Source of the DNA: a virus
Lineage: Duplodnaviria > Heunggongvirae > Uroviricota > Caudoviricetes
Reading direction: 5' to 3' (one strand)
Length of the DNA: 63,208 nt
Virus record (IMG/VR): IMGVR_UViG_3300031134_000612
Made by a program: the position numbers and the translations under genes. Positions within the stretch are counted from its first letter, which is position 1, and every line of letters begins with the position of its first letter. Positions 17,292-27,587 of the stretch are shown here, piece after piece. Below the pieces are notes generated by a model, which ran no database searches, was not told the origin of the DNA, and saw nothing but the letters and a program-made list of their open reading frames with translations.

Positions 17292-18236
17292 TTAATGATT
17301 TACACGGCAAATGCCATAATTTTTAGCATAGACAGTATTCTCTAAACCAGAACTTAAATCATTTAAGAATGATCCACGTTTATAAACAGTACCATTATAA
17401 GTAAATGTTGTAATATCACCTAAATTATCGTTAGCAGAGAAAGTGGCCCCCTGCCAAGAAATAAGAAAAACATTGTTGTTGTTAGTTAAGTCAACGTACC
17501 ATGAAGTGTTTGAAAAGGGAACATTTATACAAGTTTCAGCTTCAGATGTAGTATCAGTGCCTGCAACTGTCCTTGTTGGGTTTTCATCACTATCAATGTC
17601 TCTACTTTGATTAGTAGGTGATCCTACATTTCTAATGACAAGTGTAGAATCATTTTGTTCTCTTGCTTGTAATGTGCTAGTTTGAAGCTGCTTACAGTTA
17701 AAACCAGTTTGTTCAACAGACTGACTAGGTAAATAATCATTTGCATCGGGCGTCCATGTACATTTGTAAGCAGATCCTGAGTTCGTCCAAGCAGATTGTA
17801 TTGGAGCTATACTCACCCATGTACCACCATTAAAATCGGCTGGAATATTTCTACAAATACCATATAAATTAGCTGCCCCTGCAGGTAACGGAGTGCTTGA
17901 TTCATCTTTGGTATAAACGATACCACTAGCACCGGCAACTGATGTTCCGCCTGCTGGAATAGAACCAACAGTGGTTCCATTCCAAATGACTGACCCTGCT
18001 CCTGTTGTTTTATTCGCTCTCCAACCATAAATACCCGTTGATGGTGGCATACATTCATCTTTTGCTGTTGGCGTTTCGGGTGGAACGACAACGGGTGGTG
18101 TGCTGTTGGAAAACGTAATACTACCTTTTGGTAACGAACCACCTTGCTCTGTTTCAACAGGAATTGAAATTCTATAGTCTGCGATAGCTATTCCAAAGGT
18201 TGAAGCTATCATAAGTGCCAACACGCTTTTTTTCAT
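17292..18236 (-). CDS. Secreted protein with two Cys-bounded beta domains (possible adhesin/surface protein)
   Basis: Signal peptide; Pro/Thr linker; WNGTTVG..YGICRN and YNGTVYKRG..YGICRVNH repeats. Confidence 0.75.
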   Translation of the reverse strand: MKKSVLALMIASTFGIAIADYRISIPVETEQGGSLPKGSITFSNSTPPVVVPPETPTAKDECMPPSTGIYGWRANKTTGAGSVIWNGTTVGSIPAGGTSVAGASGIVYTKDESSTPLPAGAANLYGICRNIPADFNGGTWVSIAPIQSAWTNSGSAYKCTWTPDANDYLPSQSVEQTGFNCKQLQTSTLQAREQNDSTLVIRNVGSPTNQSRDIDSDENPTRTVAGTDTTSEAETCINVPFSNTSWYVDLTNNNNVFLISWQGATFSANDNLGDITTFTYNGTVYKRGSFLNDLSSGLENTVYAKNYGICRVNH

Positions 18237-18425
18237 TTGAGATACGTCTTTAATTGTTTATATATAAATATTGTATCAATAAAAAAAACAAATAAAATAG
18301 CGTTTCAAAAATAAATAACACTACAAATCGTATTATTATCCTTTTTTTATAGTAAAAATTATACAAGGTTGTTCCAAAATGATGTAAAAGATGATATAAT
18401 AATCGAAATTAAAGAAGAGGTTGAC

Positions 18426-19256
18426 ATGAAAGAAATCACTCCAATGAAGCGTTATAAAACAGCCATTGATAACCTACGCTCACAAGTCGGTTACTATGCT
18501 CATGAGGTTACCTTGAATAAATCGGAATCAAAACGCATTCCGTGGGCATTCATGCGTGGTGATAAATATGAAACCAAAGGTGTGGAAGCTGATTTTATCA
18601 TGATTTTTGAATCGACTGAAAATAAAGGATTCTCATTTGCATTAACGTTTACTTATATGGACAAAGAACCTGATGAACAAATGGTGTGTGGTTCTATTAA
18701 GTTTGGGGATGAACAAGACCAAACTCGTTATGGCGAAATGATGAACCTTGAAAAATTTAAAGAATCATTGAACGCTTTGAACAAGAAGCTGAACGGTCTT
18801 CCCCACAAAAACTATGACGAAATTATCAATGTATTTAGTGAAATGTTCTTACAAACGACATTTAGCTTGGCAAGTGACATTGAAACCGCCAGCCATGAAG
18901 TTGAGCAATTTATGAACGCTAAAAAAAATGAACTAGCTCTTGATCAAGCGGTTGACTTGGCAAAAGTGGCTCGTGTTCAACATGAAACAGCAACATCTAA
19001 TGTCGATAAAGCATTAAAAGCTTCTGATGCTTATAAAGAGCGTGAACTGTTGATGGAACGAATAGCTCGTTTGGATAAAGTGATTACCAATAAAAAGGTG
19101 TTACTGAATAAACAAGAAGACGTATCTGCGAAAGAAAAAGAAAAAAAGAAAACTGAAGAAGTTGTTCAAAAGAAAAAATTTGAATTAAATATGGCACTCA
19201 GCAAAAAATTACAAGAGTATCCAAAAGCAATTCGTACACGCATCGTAAAATCTTAA
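18426..19256 (+). CDS. Hypothetical protein with C-terminal coiled coil
   Basis: ATG at 18426 after GAGG RBS; heptad-rich C-terminal half. Confidence 0.7.
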   Translation: MKEITPMKRYKTAIDNLRSQVGYYAHEVTLNKSESKRIPWAFMRGDKYETKGVEADFIMIFESTENKGFSFALTFTYMDKEPDEQMVCGSIKFGDEQDQTRYGEMMNLEKFKESLNALNKKLNGLPHKNYDEIINVFSEMFLQTTFSLASDIETASHEVEQFMNAKKNELALDQAVDLAKVARVQHETATSNVDKALKASDAYKERELLMERIARLDKVITNKKVLLNKQEDVSAKEKEKKKTEEVVQKKKFELNMALSKKLQEYPKAIRTRIVKS

Positions 19257-19275
19257 ATTTAAAAGGAGAAATACA

Positions 19276-19908
19276 GTGAAAAAAATCAATGCATACCTAA
19301 TGGCTGCTTTACTTGTCATCCCATGCTTGGCTATTGCCAGTGAAGTTGAAGTTAAACCTACACCTTTGAATGAAGTTGTGAACGACAACCCAAAATTGAT
19401 GTATGATTTTATGCCCTTTATAGGAGCTGCTGCACCAAAATGGATACTCAATATCAATAAAGAAATAGGAGATTCTAAAAAAACAATTAAAACCCTAGTG
19501 TATAGAGAAGCTTCATCACCAAACACCTACACCTTTAATATCATTGATGATCTACTTTATTCAGTTGATGTAAGACTTGGAAACTATGATTCCAAAAACT
19601 GGACATTAGAAGATAAATACGAAAAATTAGGGGTTGCTAGTGGTATTGCAGACAGTTTACAGGCCAATGGGTTTGCAATGAGTATTGATAAAAGCAATAG
19701 AGATGTCAGATATTTCCAGAAAGGTCAAATGGTTGTAACTTTAGACAATTACAAAACACAATATAAAAAAGGCAGTAATGATTCGGCAATCATGGTAAGC
19801 TTTACACATAAGAATGTGACAGAAACCATTAAAAACCGAGAAGTTGAGATTGTTAACAGGATAGCAATTGAAAAACAAAACGAATATCGAGACTTAATCG
19901 GCAAATGA
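19276..19908 (+). CDS. Secreted hypothetical protein
   Basis: GTG start with AGGAG RBS; signal peptide ending AIA. Confidence 0.75.
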   Translation: MKKINAYLMAALLVIPCLAIASEVEVKPTPLNEVVNDNPKLMYDFMPFIGAAAPKWILNINKEIGDSKKTIKTLVYREASSPNTYTFNIIDDLLYSVDVRLGNYDSKNWTLEDKYEKLGVASGIADSLQANGFAMSIDKSNRDVRYFQKGQMVVTLDNYKTQYKKGSNDSAIMVSFTHKNVTETIKNREVEIVNRIAIEKQNEYRDLIGK

Positions 19909-19967
19909 TTCTTGTGTAAAAGTACAGGATAGGTTATAATAGAAGTATACCAATTAGGAGATATTTT

Positions 19968-20534
19968 ATGGCTTTTGAAAACGAAAGAAAGTTCTTACTT
20001 AAGAACGATAACTGGAAAAAAGGTGTCTCCAATAAAGATGTCATTCACCAAGGATATCTTGATTTGAGCAAAGTAAAAATCTCGGTGAAACCTAACTGGC
20101 TTATCCTTGATTTTGGTTTTGTTACCTTGCGTAAACCGATTTCACCAGAAGACACGGAACAACTGATTGAACACTTGGACAAACCTGAAAAAGTGCTTCG
20201 TATCAGAGATAAGTCTGGCAAATACAAGATTACACTCAAAATTGACATCGGCGTAGTGGACAGTAAGGTTGAAGTTGAACCTAGTCTATCGAAAGAAGAG
20301 TATGACATGTTGGTGCCGCATTGCGACAGTTTCATTTCAAAAATTCGTAGCTATGTGAAAGTAGGTGACTATGTGTATGAAGTGGACGTATTCACGGGTA
20401 AACATGCTCATCTTGAACCGATTGCAGAAGTTGAATACAAAACACCGGGTGAAGTCATTGAAATCCCAGAATGGGCAGGAACAGAAGTGACAGGTGTTGA
20501 TAAGTATTACAATGCCAATCTTGCCAAACTGTAA
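19968..20534 (+). CDS. CYTH-domain (triphosphate tunnel) protein
   Basis: ENERKFLL (ExExK), LRIR, ITLK, KIRSY, YEVDVF, AEVEY. Confidence 0.9.
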   Translation: MAFENERKFLLKNDNWKKGVSNKDVIHQGYLDLSKVKISVKPNWLILDFGFVTLRKPISPEDTEQLIEHLDKPEKVLRIRDKSGKYKITLKIDIGVVDSKVEVEPSLSKEEYDMLVPHCDSFISKIRSYVKVGDYVYEVDVFTGKHAHLEPIAEVEYKTPGEVIEIPEWAGTEVTGVDKYYNANLAKL

Positions 20535-20554
20535 TTTTTTAAAAGTAAATAAAG

Positions 20555-20578
20555 AAGACACGAAAGTGTCTTTTTTTT
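20555..20578 (+). terminator. Intrinsic terminator
   Basis: AGACAC-GAAA-GTGTCT-T8. Confidence 0.8.
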
Positions 20579-20635
20579 GTTTATGAGTTACATATATGAT
20601 GACAGAATAATGTTTTTAACACTTAAATGGAAGAC

Positions 20636-20664
20636 AAAAAAACAGCCTCCGAAGAGGCTGTTTT
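20636..20664 (-). terminator. dnaK terminator
   Basis: AAAACAGCCTC-TTCG-GAGGCTGTTTTTT on the minus strand. Confidence 0.8.
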
Positions 20665-20678
20665 CATTTCTACTGATA

Positions 20679-22580
20679 TTACTTCTGTTCTTCAAACTCA
20701 GCGTCAATATAATCATTATCTTGACCGGAGTCTTGATGTTGACTATTTGTCTGCTGCTGTTGCCCCTGATCAGGCTGGTATTGCTTAGATGTAATACCAT
20801 GAAGCACTTTTTCAAGGCTAGCGTAACGAGAATCAAGTTCTGCCTTAGATCCAGATTTAACCAAACCAGCTAAATCGGAAATTGCACTTTCAAGATTCAA
20901 TCTATCAGTGCTGTCCAAGTTAGGCTCATTCATCACTTTACGAGCTTCGTGAACCAAGTGGTCAGCTTTGTTACGACTTTCCGCTAATGCCGCAAATTTC
21001 TCATCGTCTGATTTGTTTTTCTCTGCGTCATTCACCATTTGTTGAATTTCAGCTTCACTCAAACCAGAGTTGGCTTTGATGACAACAGATTGAGACTTAC
21101 CAGTATTCTTGTCCTTAGCAGACACATTCAAAATACCGTTCGCATCAATATCAAAAGTAATCTCAATTTGAGGTTGACCTTTTGGTGCTGGTGGAATGTC
21201 TCTCAAATCAAAACGACCCAAAGATTTGTTACCAGACGCTTGTTTACGTTCACCTTGCAAGACATGAACCGTTACTGCAGTTTGGTTATCATCAGCGGTT
21301 GAACATATTTCTGTTTTCTTGGTTGGAATCGTTGTGTTCTTAGGAATCAATGGAGTAAATACACCACCCATTGTTTCAATACCTAATGTCAATGGAGTCA
21401 CATCCAACAACAACACATCAGTTACTGCACCAGTAATAACACCTGCTTGAATAGCAGCACCAATAGCAACAGCTTCATCTGGGTTTACATCTTTACGCGG
21501 TTCTTTACCAAAGAACTCAGCAACACGTTTTTGAACAAGTGGCATACGAGTTTGACCACCTACCAAGATAACTTCATCAATAGCAGACAATTCAAGACCA
21601 GCATCTTTAAGAGCTATTTTGCATGGAGCAATTGTTCTTTCAACCAGATCTTCAACCAAGGATTCAAACTTAGCTCTTGTAATAATCACGTTCAAGTGTT
21701 TTGGGCCTGAACTATCAGCCGTCACATAAGGCAAATTGACATCTGTTTGTTGAGTAGAAGATAACTCAATTTTAGCTTTTTCAGCCGCATCACGAATACG
21801 TTGCATTGCCAAAGCGTCTTGCTTGATATCCATGCCACTTTCTTTCTTAAATTCACTGACGATATAATCAATGAGCAAGTTATCAAAGTCTTCACCACCA
21901 AGGAATGTATCACCATTGGTTGCAAGCACTTCAAACTGAGAGTCACCATCTACACCAGCAATCTCAATAATGGATACGTCAAAAGTACCACCACCCAAGT
22001 CATAAACGACAATAGTGCTGTCTTTCTTGAACTTATCGACACCATAAGCCAAAGCTGCTGCTGTTGGTTCGTTAATAATACGTTTAACATCTAAACCAGC
22101 GATACGACCCGCATCTTTAGTGGCTTGACGTTGACTGTCATTGAAGTAAGCAGGCACAGTAATAACAGCCTCAGTTACGGGTTCACCCAAGTAATCTTCT
22201 GCAGTCTTTTTCATTTTCATCAAAATTTCGGCTGAAATTTGTTGTGGTGAAGTTTTCTTACCTTTAACTTCTACCCATGCGTCACCATTGTCAGCCTTCA
22301 CAATTTTGTAAGGAACAAGTTTAATGTCTTTCTGAACCGCTTCTTCATCAAATTTACGACCAATAAGTCTTTTGATGGCGTGGAACGTTTGTGTTGGATT
22401 GGTGATAGATTGTCTTTTTGCTGGTTGCCCAACTAAAGTTTCACCTTCTTTGCTGTAAGATACAACAGATGGCGTAGTTCTCGCTCCTTCTGCGTTCTCA
22501 ATTACTTTTTGTTTACCATTTTCAAAGATAGATACACAAGAATTTGTTGTACCCAAGTCAATACCAATTACTTTACTCAT
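20679..22580 (-). CDS. dnaK: Hsp70 chaperone DnaK
   Basis: [54 protein letters not shown]; C-terminal DAEFEE; proteobacterial type. Confidence 0.98.
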   Translation of the reverse strand: MSKVIGIDLGTTNSCVSIFENGKQKVIENAEGARTTPSVVSYSKEGETLVGQPAKRQSITNPTQTFHAIKRLIGRKFDEEAVQKDIKLVPYKIVKADNGDAWVEVKGKKTSPQQISAEILMKMKKTAEDYLGEPVTEAVITVPAYFNDSQRQATKDAGRIAGLDVKRIINEPTAAALAYGVDKFKKDSTIVVYDLGGGTFDVSIIEIAGVDGDSQFEVLATNGDTFLGGEDFDNLLIDYIVSEFKKESGMDIKQDALAMQRIRDAAEKAKIELSSTQQTDVNLPYVTADSSGPKHLNVIITRAKFESLVEDLVERTIAPCKIALKDAGLELSAIDEVILVGGQTRMPLVQKRVAEFFGKEPRKDVNPDEAVAIGAAIQAGVITGAVTDVLLLDVTPLTLGIETMGGVFTPLIPKNTTIPTKKTEICSTADDNQTAVTVHVLQGERKQASGNKSLGRFDLRDIPPAPKGQPQIEITFDIDANGILNVSAKDKNTGKSQSVVIKANSGLSEAEIQQMVNDAEKNKSDDEKFAALAESRNKADHLVHEARKVMNEPNLDSTDRLNLESAISDLAGLVKSGSKAELDSRYASLEKVLHGITSKQYQPDQGQQQQTNSQHQDSGQDNDYIDAEFEEQK

Positions 22581-22651
22581 TTTAATACCCCCATTCGGCA
22601 GATTTAGTTTAGTTTATTGTGAAGAACTCCGAAGACATTCTTCAATCAATA

Positions 22652-22679
22652 AGTATATATTTTTTTTATAACTTGTCAA
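22652..22679 (-). promoter_or_regulatory. Sigma70-type promoter of dnaK
   Basis: TTGACA-16 bp-TATACT; leader has a cUUCGg hairpin at about 22619-22645. Confidence 0.7.
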
Positions 22680-22711
22680 TACCTAAAAACTAATAATTTG
22701 TATTTTTATAT

Positions 22712-22896
22712 AACGGGTTTATGTATAGACACTCTAAAAAATGTTAACTATAACCACTGGCTCTATATTAAAACGGATTTTTTTTAATATTATTTTATAA
22801 TGTTATATAACGGATTTATACATTATTTTTTTTGTTAAAAGACTAGTAAAAAACGCTTTATTTAATTAAATAGATATTTAAAAATTTAACGGATTA
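22712..22896. repeat. Four AACGG(A/G)TT direct repeats in an AT-rich intergenic region
   Basis: Copies at about 22712, 22772, 22809 and 22888. Confidence 0.4.
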
Positions 22897-22919
22897 TTGT
22901 AAATTATTAGCTCAAAACA

Positions 22920-23615
22920 TTAAATAACAACCGCCGAAAACAAAAATTTCGTATCTTCTGGTAGTTCCATATTAAATTGCATCAAATTATGAACAGTAGG
23001 TATGGGTTGTCCAAGTTCAGCCCAAACACTTTTCAGTGGCTCTCCTGATTGAATAACACCATCTATCATAACTTCAATATAAGCTATCTCTTCTTTTTCA
23101 AAATGAAGTAAGCTGATGTAAAAATCATGTTCAGCATTAATATGCATACTGATTCTATCGGTGCCCACAAAATAGCAAATTTGTTTTTTGTTATTATTCT
23201 TATCATAGTAGATATAGTCTTTTTTCCCAGAAATTTGATACATAATCATACTTGGATTTTTTAGATCATTAGATGGTAAAAATTTTTGAGAAAAATTATC
23301 GTAAATATCTTCATGATGTTTAAGCTTATTGATAAGGTCATCACTTTTTATCAATTTATATTTTTCTCTGATATAATAATTTCCATCACTTTCATCTTTT
23401 GAACTAAACATAACAAAGAATATATAATCATTTTCAATTTTGTAAAATTTCAAATATTGGCGAAATATTTTCATTTCTTCTGGTTTATAAGCACTAAAAC
23501 CATTTTCAATAAGCCAATTAGTATTCGACTTATGAATATCTATAAAAACATCATTATCGTAAAGATGCTGGTTTAACTCCGAAGCTGACTGTGCGGTGTG
23601 TTGATATGTATGCAT
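22920..23615 (-). CDS. Hypothetical protein, AxxI variant of the C-terminal motif family
   Basis: Paralog of 23647..24345; ends DTKFLFSAVVI*. Confidence 0.75.
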   Translation of the reverse strand: MHTYQHTAQSASELNQHLYDNDVFIDIHKSNTNWLIENGFSAYKPEEMKIFRQYLKFYKIENDYIFFVMFSSKDESDGNYYIREKYKLIKSDDLINKLKHHEDIYDNFSQKFLPSNDLKNPSMIMYQISGKKDYIYYDKNNNKKQICYFVGTDRISMHINAEHDFYISLLHFEKEEIAYIEVMIDGVIQSGEPLKSVWAELGQPIPTVHNLMQFNMELPEDTKFLFSAVVI

Positions 23616-23646
23616 GCTTAAAACTCCTAAAAAAAATCAAAATGAA

Positions 23647-24345
23647 TTAAATTGCCAGAGCTGAGAGAATAAACTTTGTATCATTATTTAACTGATTATC
23701 ATAATTGAAAAAATTAAAAACAGTTGGTTTATACTCAACAAACTCTAACAATAAAGTAATATCTCTTTCAATACCATCAGTAACAATTTTAAATGTATCA
23801 AGTTTTCTGTTTATAAATATGGCGTTAGATAAATAAAAGTCAGAAGAATCTTCTTTTGAAAATTCTATTTTATCAATATTTATATATGTTACTATTTTTT
23901 TATTTGTACCATTAGGTTGATAATAAGAGTTTTCAATTCTAATAGTGAGATAAGATACAATACTTGGATAGTTAATATCATCACTAGAAACAATATAATG
24001 ATGATTGTCTTTTCCATATAATAAATTATCAAATGGTTTAGGTGAGTTAAGACATCTGAGAACCTTTTCGTTATTAAACAACCTAATCTTTTTCCTAATT
24101 CCAAATTTTCCTTCCTTAATATCTTGTGTACGCAAATGCAACATCAAAATTTCATTACCAATTACCTTATAATAATTTCGTGAGTAATCATCATCAGAGT
24201 AAAGTTCACAAGAGATAAATCCCAAATCTGTAAACCAACTTAAATCATTTCGCATAATATTAGTGAATTTATTATGATCGTTTACATATGAAGTCAATTC
24301 TTCAATATTGTCTGCAACAACTTCATAATTGGAAATCTTAGTCAT
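23647..24345 (-). CDS. Hypothetical protein, AxxI variant of the C-terminal motif family
   Basis: Paralog of 22920..23615; ends DTKFILSALAI*. Confidence 0.75.
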   Translation of the reverse strand: MTKISNYEVVADNIEELTSYVNDHNKFTNIMRNDLSWFTDLGFISCELYSDDDYSRNYYKVIGNEILMLHLRTQDIKEGKFGIRKKIRLFNNEKVLRCLNSPKPFDNLLYGKDNHHYIVSSDDINYPSIVSYLTIRIENSYYQPNGTNKKIVTYINIDKIEFSKEDSSDFYLSNAIFINRKLDTFKIVTDGIERDITLLLEFVEYKPTVFNFFNYDNQLNNDTKFILSALAI

Positions 24346-25217
24346 TATTCTTTATCCTTTATAATAGAAGTTGAATGGTTAAGAATGAACAAATTAATCA
24401 ATCCAAACAATTCCATGTCTTCCATTTTGTCTGTGTAAAATACGTCAAATAGATAATCAAACAAATCCGTAGGAATAGGCCATAAATGCTCTGCAATGTT
24501 ACCCGCCACACAAGCAATGGTATCAGTATCACCACCCACATAACAAGACAGCTTCATCACTTCTTCAAATGAGTTGCTTTCCAATACAATGGTTAACGCC
24601 TGTTTAAACGTCACCCAAGCATTCATATCAAATGCTTTTTTATTGTGAAGACTTTCAACAGTTTCTGTCCAATTGACTACTTTCAAATAATCCGCAATAC
24701 CTGCCTTTTTCTCGGCTAATGTTAAATTCTTAATTTCTTCAATTAATATAACAAAATCAAGAACGGCTGTTGTGCTGTCCTCATGGTTATGAGAGATAAT
24801 TGTATAGTCATAGGCCAAATCAAGCTTGTCTTGCAATGGAATATCCAAATGGTTAATAAAACCAATTCGCATGATAGAACCATTGGCATAAGAACCATAA
24901 GGAACAGGATTATCTAGCCACTTGGTAAAATTACCACCAAAGCCTGTAGCTTCATTCGCATATTTCTTGCAGCACCGTACCAACTCAGAAACTGGACTGA
25001 GTTTATTAATATACGCTGAAAATAAAGCTAAGGTACACAAACTGTCATCCGTCCAACCCGGCGTGGTTCTCACCCACTTGGTATTCTTCAAGACATCTGA
25101 CACATCAGTGAATGGAAATGTTTGAAACAATTCAAGATCGCGTCTGTCCCATTGTTTACCTTCGTAGACTGAACCAATAATGTCACCAATAATTCCACCG
25201 ATCATAGTATTCTCCAA
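24345..25217 (-). CDS. ADP-ribosylglycohydrolase (DraG/ARH family)
   Basis: IGDIIGS, WTDDS, GSYANGSIMR, GGDTDTIACVAG. Confidence 0.92.
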   Translation of the reverse strand: MENTMIGGIIGDIIGSVYEGKQWDRRDLELFQTFPFTDVSDVLKNTKWVRTTPGWTDDSLCTLALFSAYINKLSPVSELVRCCKKYANEATGFGGNFTKWLDNPVPYGSYANGSIMRIGFINHLDIPLQDKLDLAYDYTIISHNHEDSTTAVLDFVILIEEIKNLTLAEKKAGIADYLKVVNWTETVESLHNKKAFDMNAWVTFKQALTIVLESNSFEEVMKLSCYVGGDTDTIACVAGNIAEHLWPIPTDLFDYLFDVFYTDKMEDMELFGLINLFILNHSTSIIKDKE

Positions 25218-25271
25218 TTTGTTTAATCAAAAGAAGCCCAGTAGGCTTCATTTTTAACACATTCTATTTAT

Positions 25272-26471
25272 TTAAGTTGGCTTAAATTTTTTAACAGTTT
25301 TCAAGAAATAAGCATCGGGAGCCGATGGAGCTTGAATAGGATCTCCAACCACTGTTTTCCATTCTTTCACATTGGCTCGATTTTGAAAAGATTCTGTCAT
25401 AATCTTTGCCATCTGCTCACTATTAGTATTCACTGCATTGAGTTTTACATGAAGTTCATGAGCTTTATTCATTTTGATATATTCCAAGGCTGTTTTGACA
25501 ACAATTCGACAAATTTCATCTTTTACATTACCATAACCACGATCAATATGATCTTTGCTCAAGAAGTAATGAGCACTGTATCCATCATCAGAGGTTTGTT
25601 CTGTATCGAGTTCTTTTGGAAATGGTTTCATCTCTTTAAAGGTTTTAAGAGCTGTCATTGTCTCACAATTAACAAAACGTTCATTCAATATTTTACCAAC
25701 GGCTTGATGGTAATCATTGATTTTCACTTCACGCAAGGTGTCTTTAATTTCACGAGCATCTTCAAAATTTCGTCCAATGGCGGTATCCAAAGAATAAAGG
25801 TAAGGATAATGTTGTGAATGAAATTCAACCATCGCATTATGACCTAATTTTAAGGTAAAATCAAACGCTTCATACACCATCGAACGAACTGGGTCTTCGG
25901 TGAGGAACGTTGATGTCATTGAACCCAAGTCAATTGAATCTTTGATTGTTGCAATAAGGGTATCACAAAACTCAGGTTTAAAAGTAGGTGAGATCAATTT
26001 TTCTTCAAAGGCATAAAGACTTTTAAGATACTGCTCAGTGCTGATGTGGTCATCAATGTTCTTTTGTTGTTCACCGTTGAGGTATTTTGAAGAATACACA
26101 TGACTAAAACCAGATTCTACAAGATCAGCATAGGTAATTTTACGAGATGGAGTATTATCAAACGCAAGGTCATAAAAGACTTCTGAGGATGCATCCTTTA
26201 CCTTTTCCATAAAGGTGATGAGTTCATTGGCTTCGGCTTCTTTCATAGCATCTGTATGATATCGCAAAGTATTTTCGTTTTCATGGCGTAATTTAAAGCC
26301 TAATGCTTCCATATCTAGCAACATTTTTTGCATTGTTTTATTTCGCTTATCAAATGACAAGGTAACAAAATAATCCCTTTCAACAGGTTTTTGTTTTTCT
26401 TGTGCAACAGGCTTTGGTTTGTCAGCATCCAAACGTTCTGATAGCTGTTTAATTTTGTCTTTTAAGTCCAT
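25272..26471 (-). CDS. Hypothetical protein with basic C-terminal tail
   Basis: ATG at 26471 with GGAG RBS; ends KTVKKFKPT*. Confidence 0.75.
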   Translation of the reverse strand: MDLKDKIKQLSERLDADKPKPVAQEKQKPVERDYFVTLSFDKRNKTMQKMLLDMEALGFKLRHENENTLRYHTDAMKEAEANELITFMEKVKDASSEVFYDLAFDNTPSRKITYADLVESGFSHVYSSKYLNGEQQKNIDDHISTEQYLKSLYAFEEKLISPTFKPEFCDTLIATIKDSIDLGSMTSTFLTEDPVRSMVYEAFDFTLKLGHNAMVEFHSQHYPYLYSLDTAIGRNFEDAREIKDTLREVKINDYHQAVGKILNERFVNCETMTALKTFKEMKPFPKELDTEQTSDDGYSAHYFLSKDHIDRGYGNVKDEICRIVVKTALEYIKMNKAHELHVKLNAVNTNSEQMAKIMTESFQNRANVKEWKTVVGDPIQAPSAPDAYFLKTVKKFKPT

Positions 26472-26611
26472 TGATAAACTCCAATAATGAATACAATCAT
26501 TATAGCACAATTAAGATGTTCTGTCGATGAAATATTATTAGCTATCGCTCTTGATTTTCATTGTTATTTTGTAATAATAAAAGTTATTAATTTATAAAAA
26601 GAGGATAATTG

Positions 26612-27517
26612 ATGAAAAAAGTTCTAGGTGTTGTTGCTGTTTTAGGTGTTGTGGGTGTAGGTGGTTTTTACTATGCTAATGGAAAAGTAGAAAATGAGCT
26701 TAATGCATCAATAAAAAAATCAAACGAATCAAGTCTTGGCACTAAGGTGGAAGGTAAAGTGTCCACAAACATTCTATTAGGAACTTTAAAAATAGATGAC
26801 TTGAGAATTAAAAATGGTGAAGAAACTCAACAAGGCAATTTAGCTATCAGTGGATTGAAGTTCTATAATCAAGAAAACGTATTTTCTGACAAGGTTTCAA
26901 TCACTTTAAACGATTACAAATCATTTGCTGATCAGAATTATACATCTAACAACTCATTTACTATTGCAAAATTAGGTGATGGTAAAATTAATCTTCAAGC
27001 AACATCAGCTTTTGTGGGTTCAGCCGCCGAAGGTAATATTTCGCAAGACTATAACGCCAATGTCAGTGGTGTAGGTGATTTGTATGAAACATTGACAAAA
27101 GATCTATCACGTTCACTTGTGCATAATACACCACCAGAGAACCCAATGGCTTATATAGGAAAAGTCAGTGGTGCAAAACTGGATTCATTGACCTTGAAAG
27201 TAAACAATGATCGTTTCCTAAAAAACACCTTGAAAGAGTCTGCTAAATCACAAGATCCAACGTTAAATGATGGTGAATTATTGACTAAAATGAATGAATA
27301 TGTAGAAGCACAAATCAAGCAAAATGTGCCAGAAGTTAATGGTGCTCAGTCTAAGGTTTTGGAATTCTACAGAACAGACAAGGCAACATTGGTTGTTAAC
27401 TTCACCAACAAAACTAATAAATCATTGGTAGATGCTTACTCATCCATGTTGTCAACGGGGAATGCAGCCAATGTGATTGCTACCAACTACGACATAAAAA
27501 TTGATTTAGAAAAATAA
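26612..27517 (+). CDS. Membrane-anchored exported protein
   Basis: N-terminal anchor KKVLGVVAVLGVVGVGGFYY, loosely YdgA/DUF945-like. Confidence 0.7.
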   Translation: MKKVLGVVAVLGVVGVGGFYYANGKVENELNASIKKSNESSLGTKVEGKVSTNILLGTLKIDDLRIKNGEETQQGNLAISGLKFYNQENVFSDKVSITLNDYKSFADQNYTSNNSFTIAKLGDGKINLQATSAFVGSAAEGNISQDYNANVSGVGDLYETLTKDLSRSLVHNTPPENPMAYIGKVSGAKLDSLTLKVNNDRFLKNTLKESAKSQDPTLNDGELLTKMNEYVEAQIKQNVPEVNGAQSKVLEFYRTDKATLVVNFTNKTNKSLVDAYSSMLSTGNAANVIATNYDIKIDLEK

Positions 27518-27587
27518 GTCATGTAACAAACAATAAGAAAGCCCATTATGGGCTTTTTTTGTTATATTTGAAAATGAAGACAAAAGA

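Noticed and set aside
22580-22700. Sigma32 heat-shock promoter or RNA thermometer for dnaK
   Set aside because: No properly spaced CTTGAA/CCCCAT pair was found on the coding strand, and the leader hairpin lies well upstream of the GGGGG RBS and does not occlude it.
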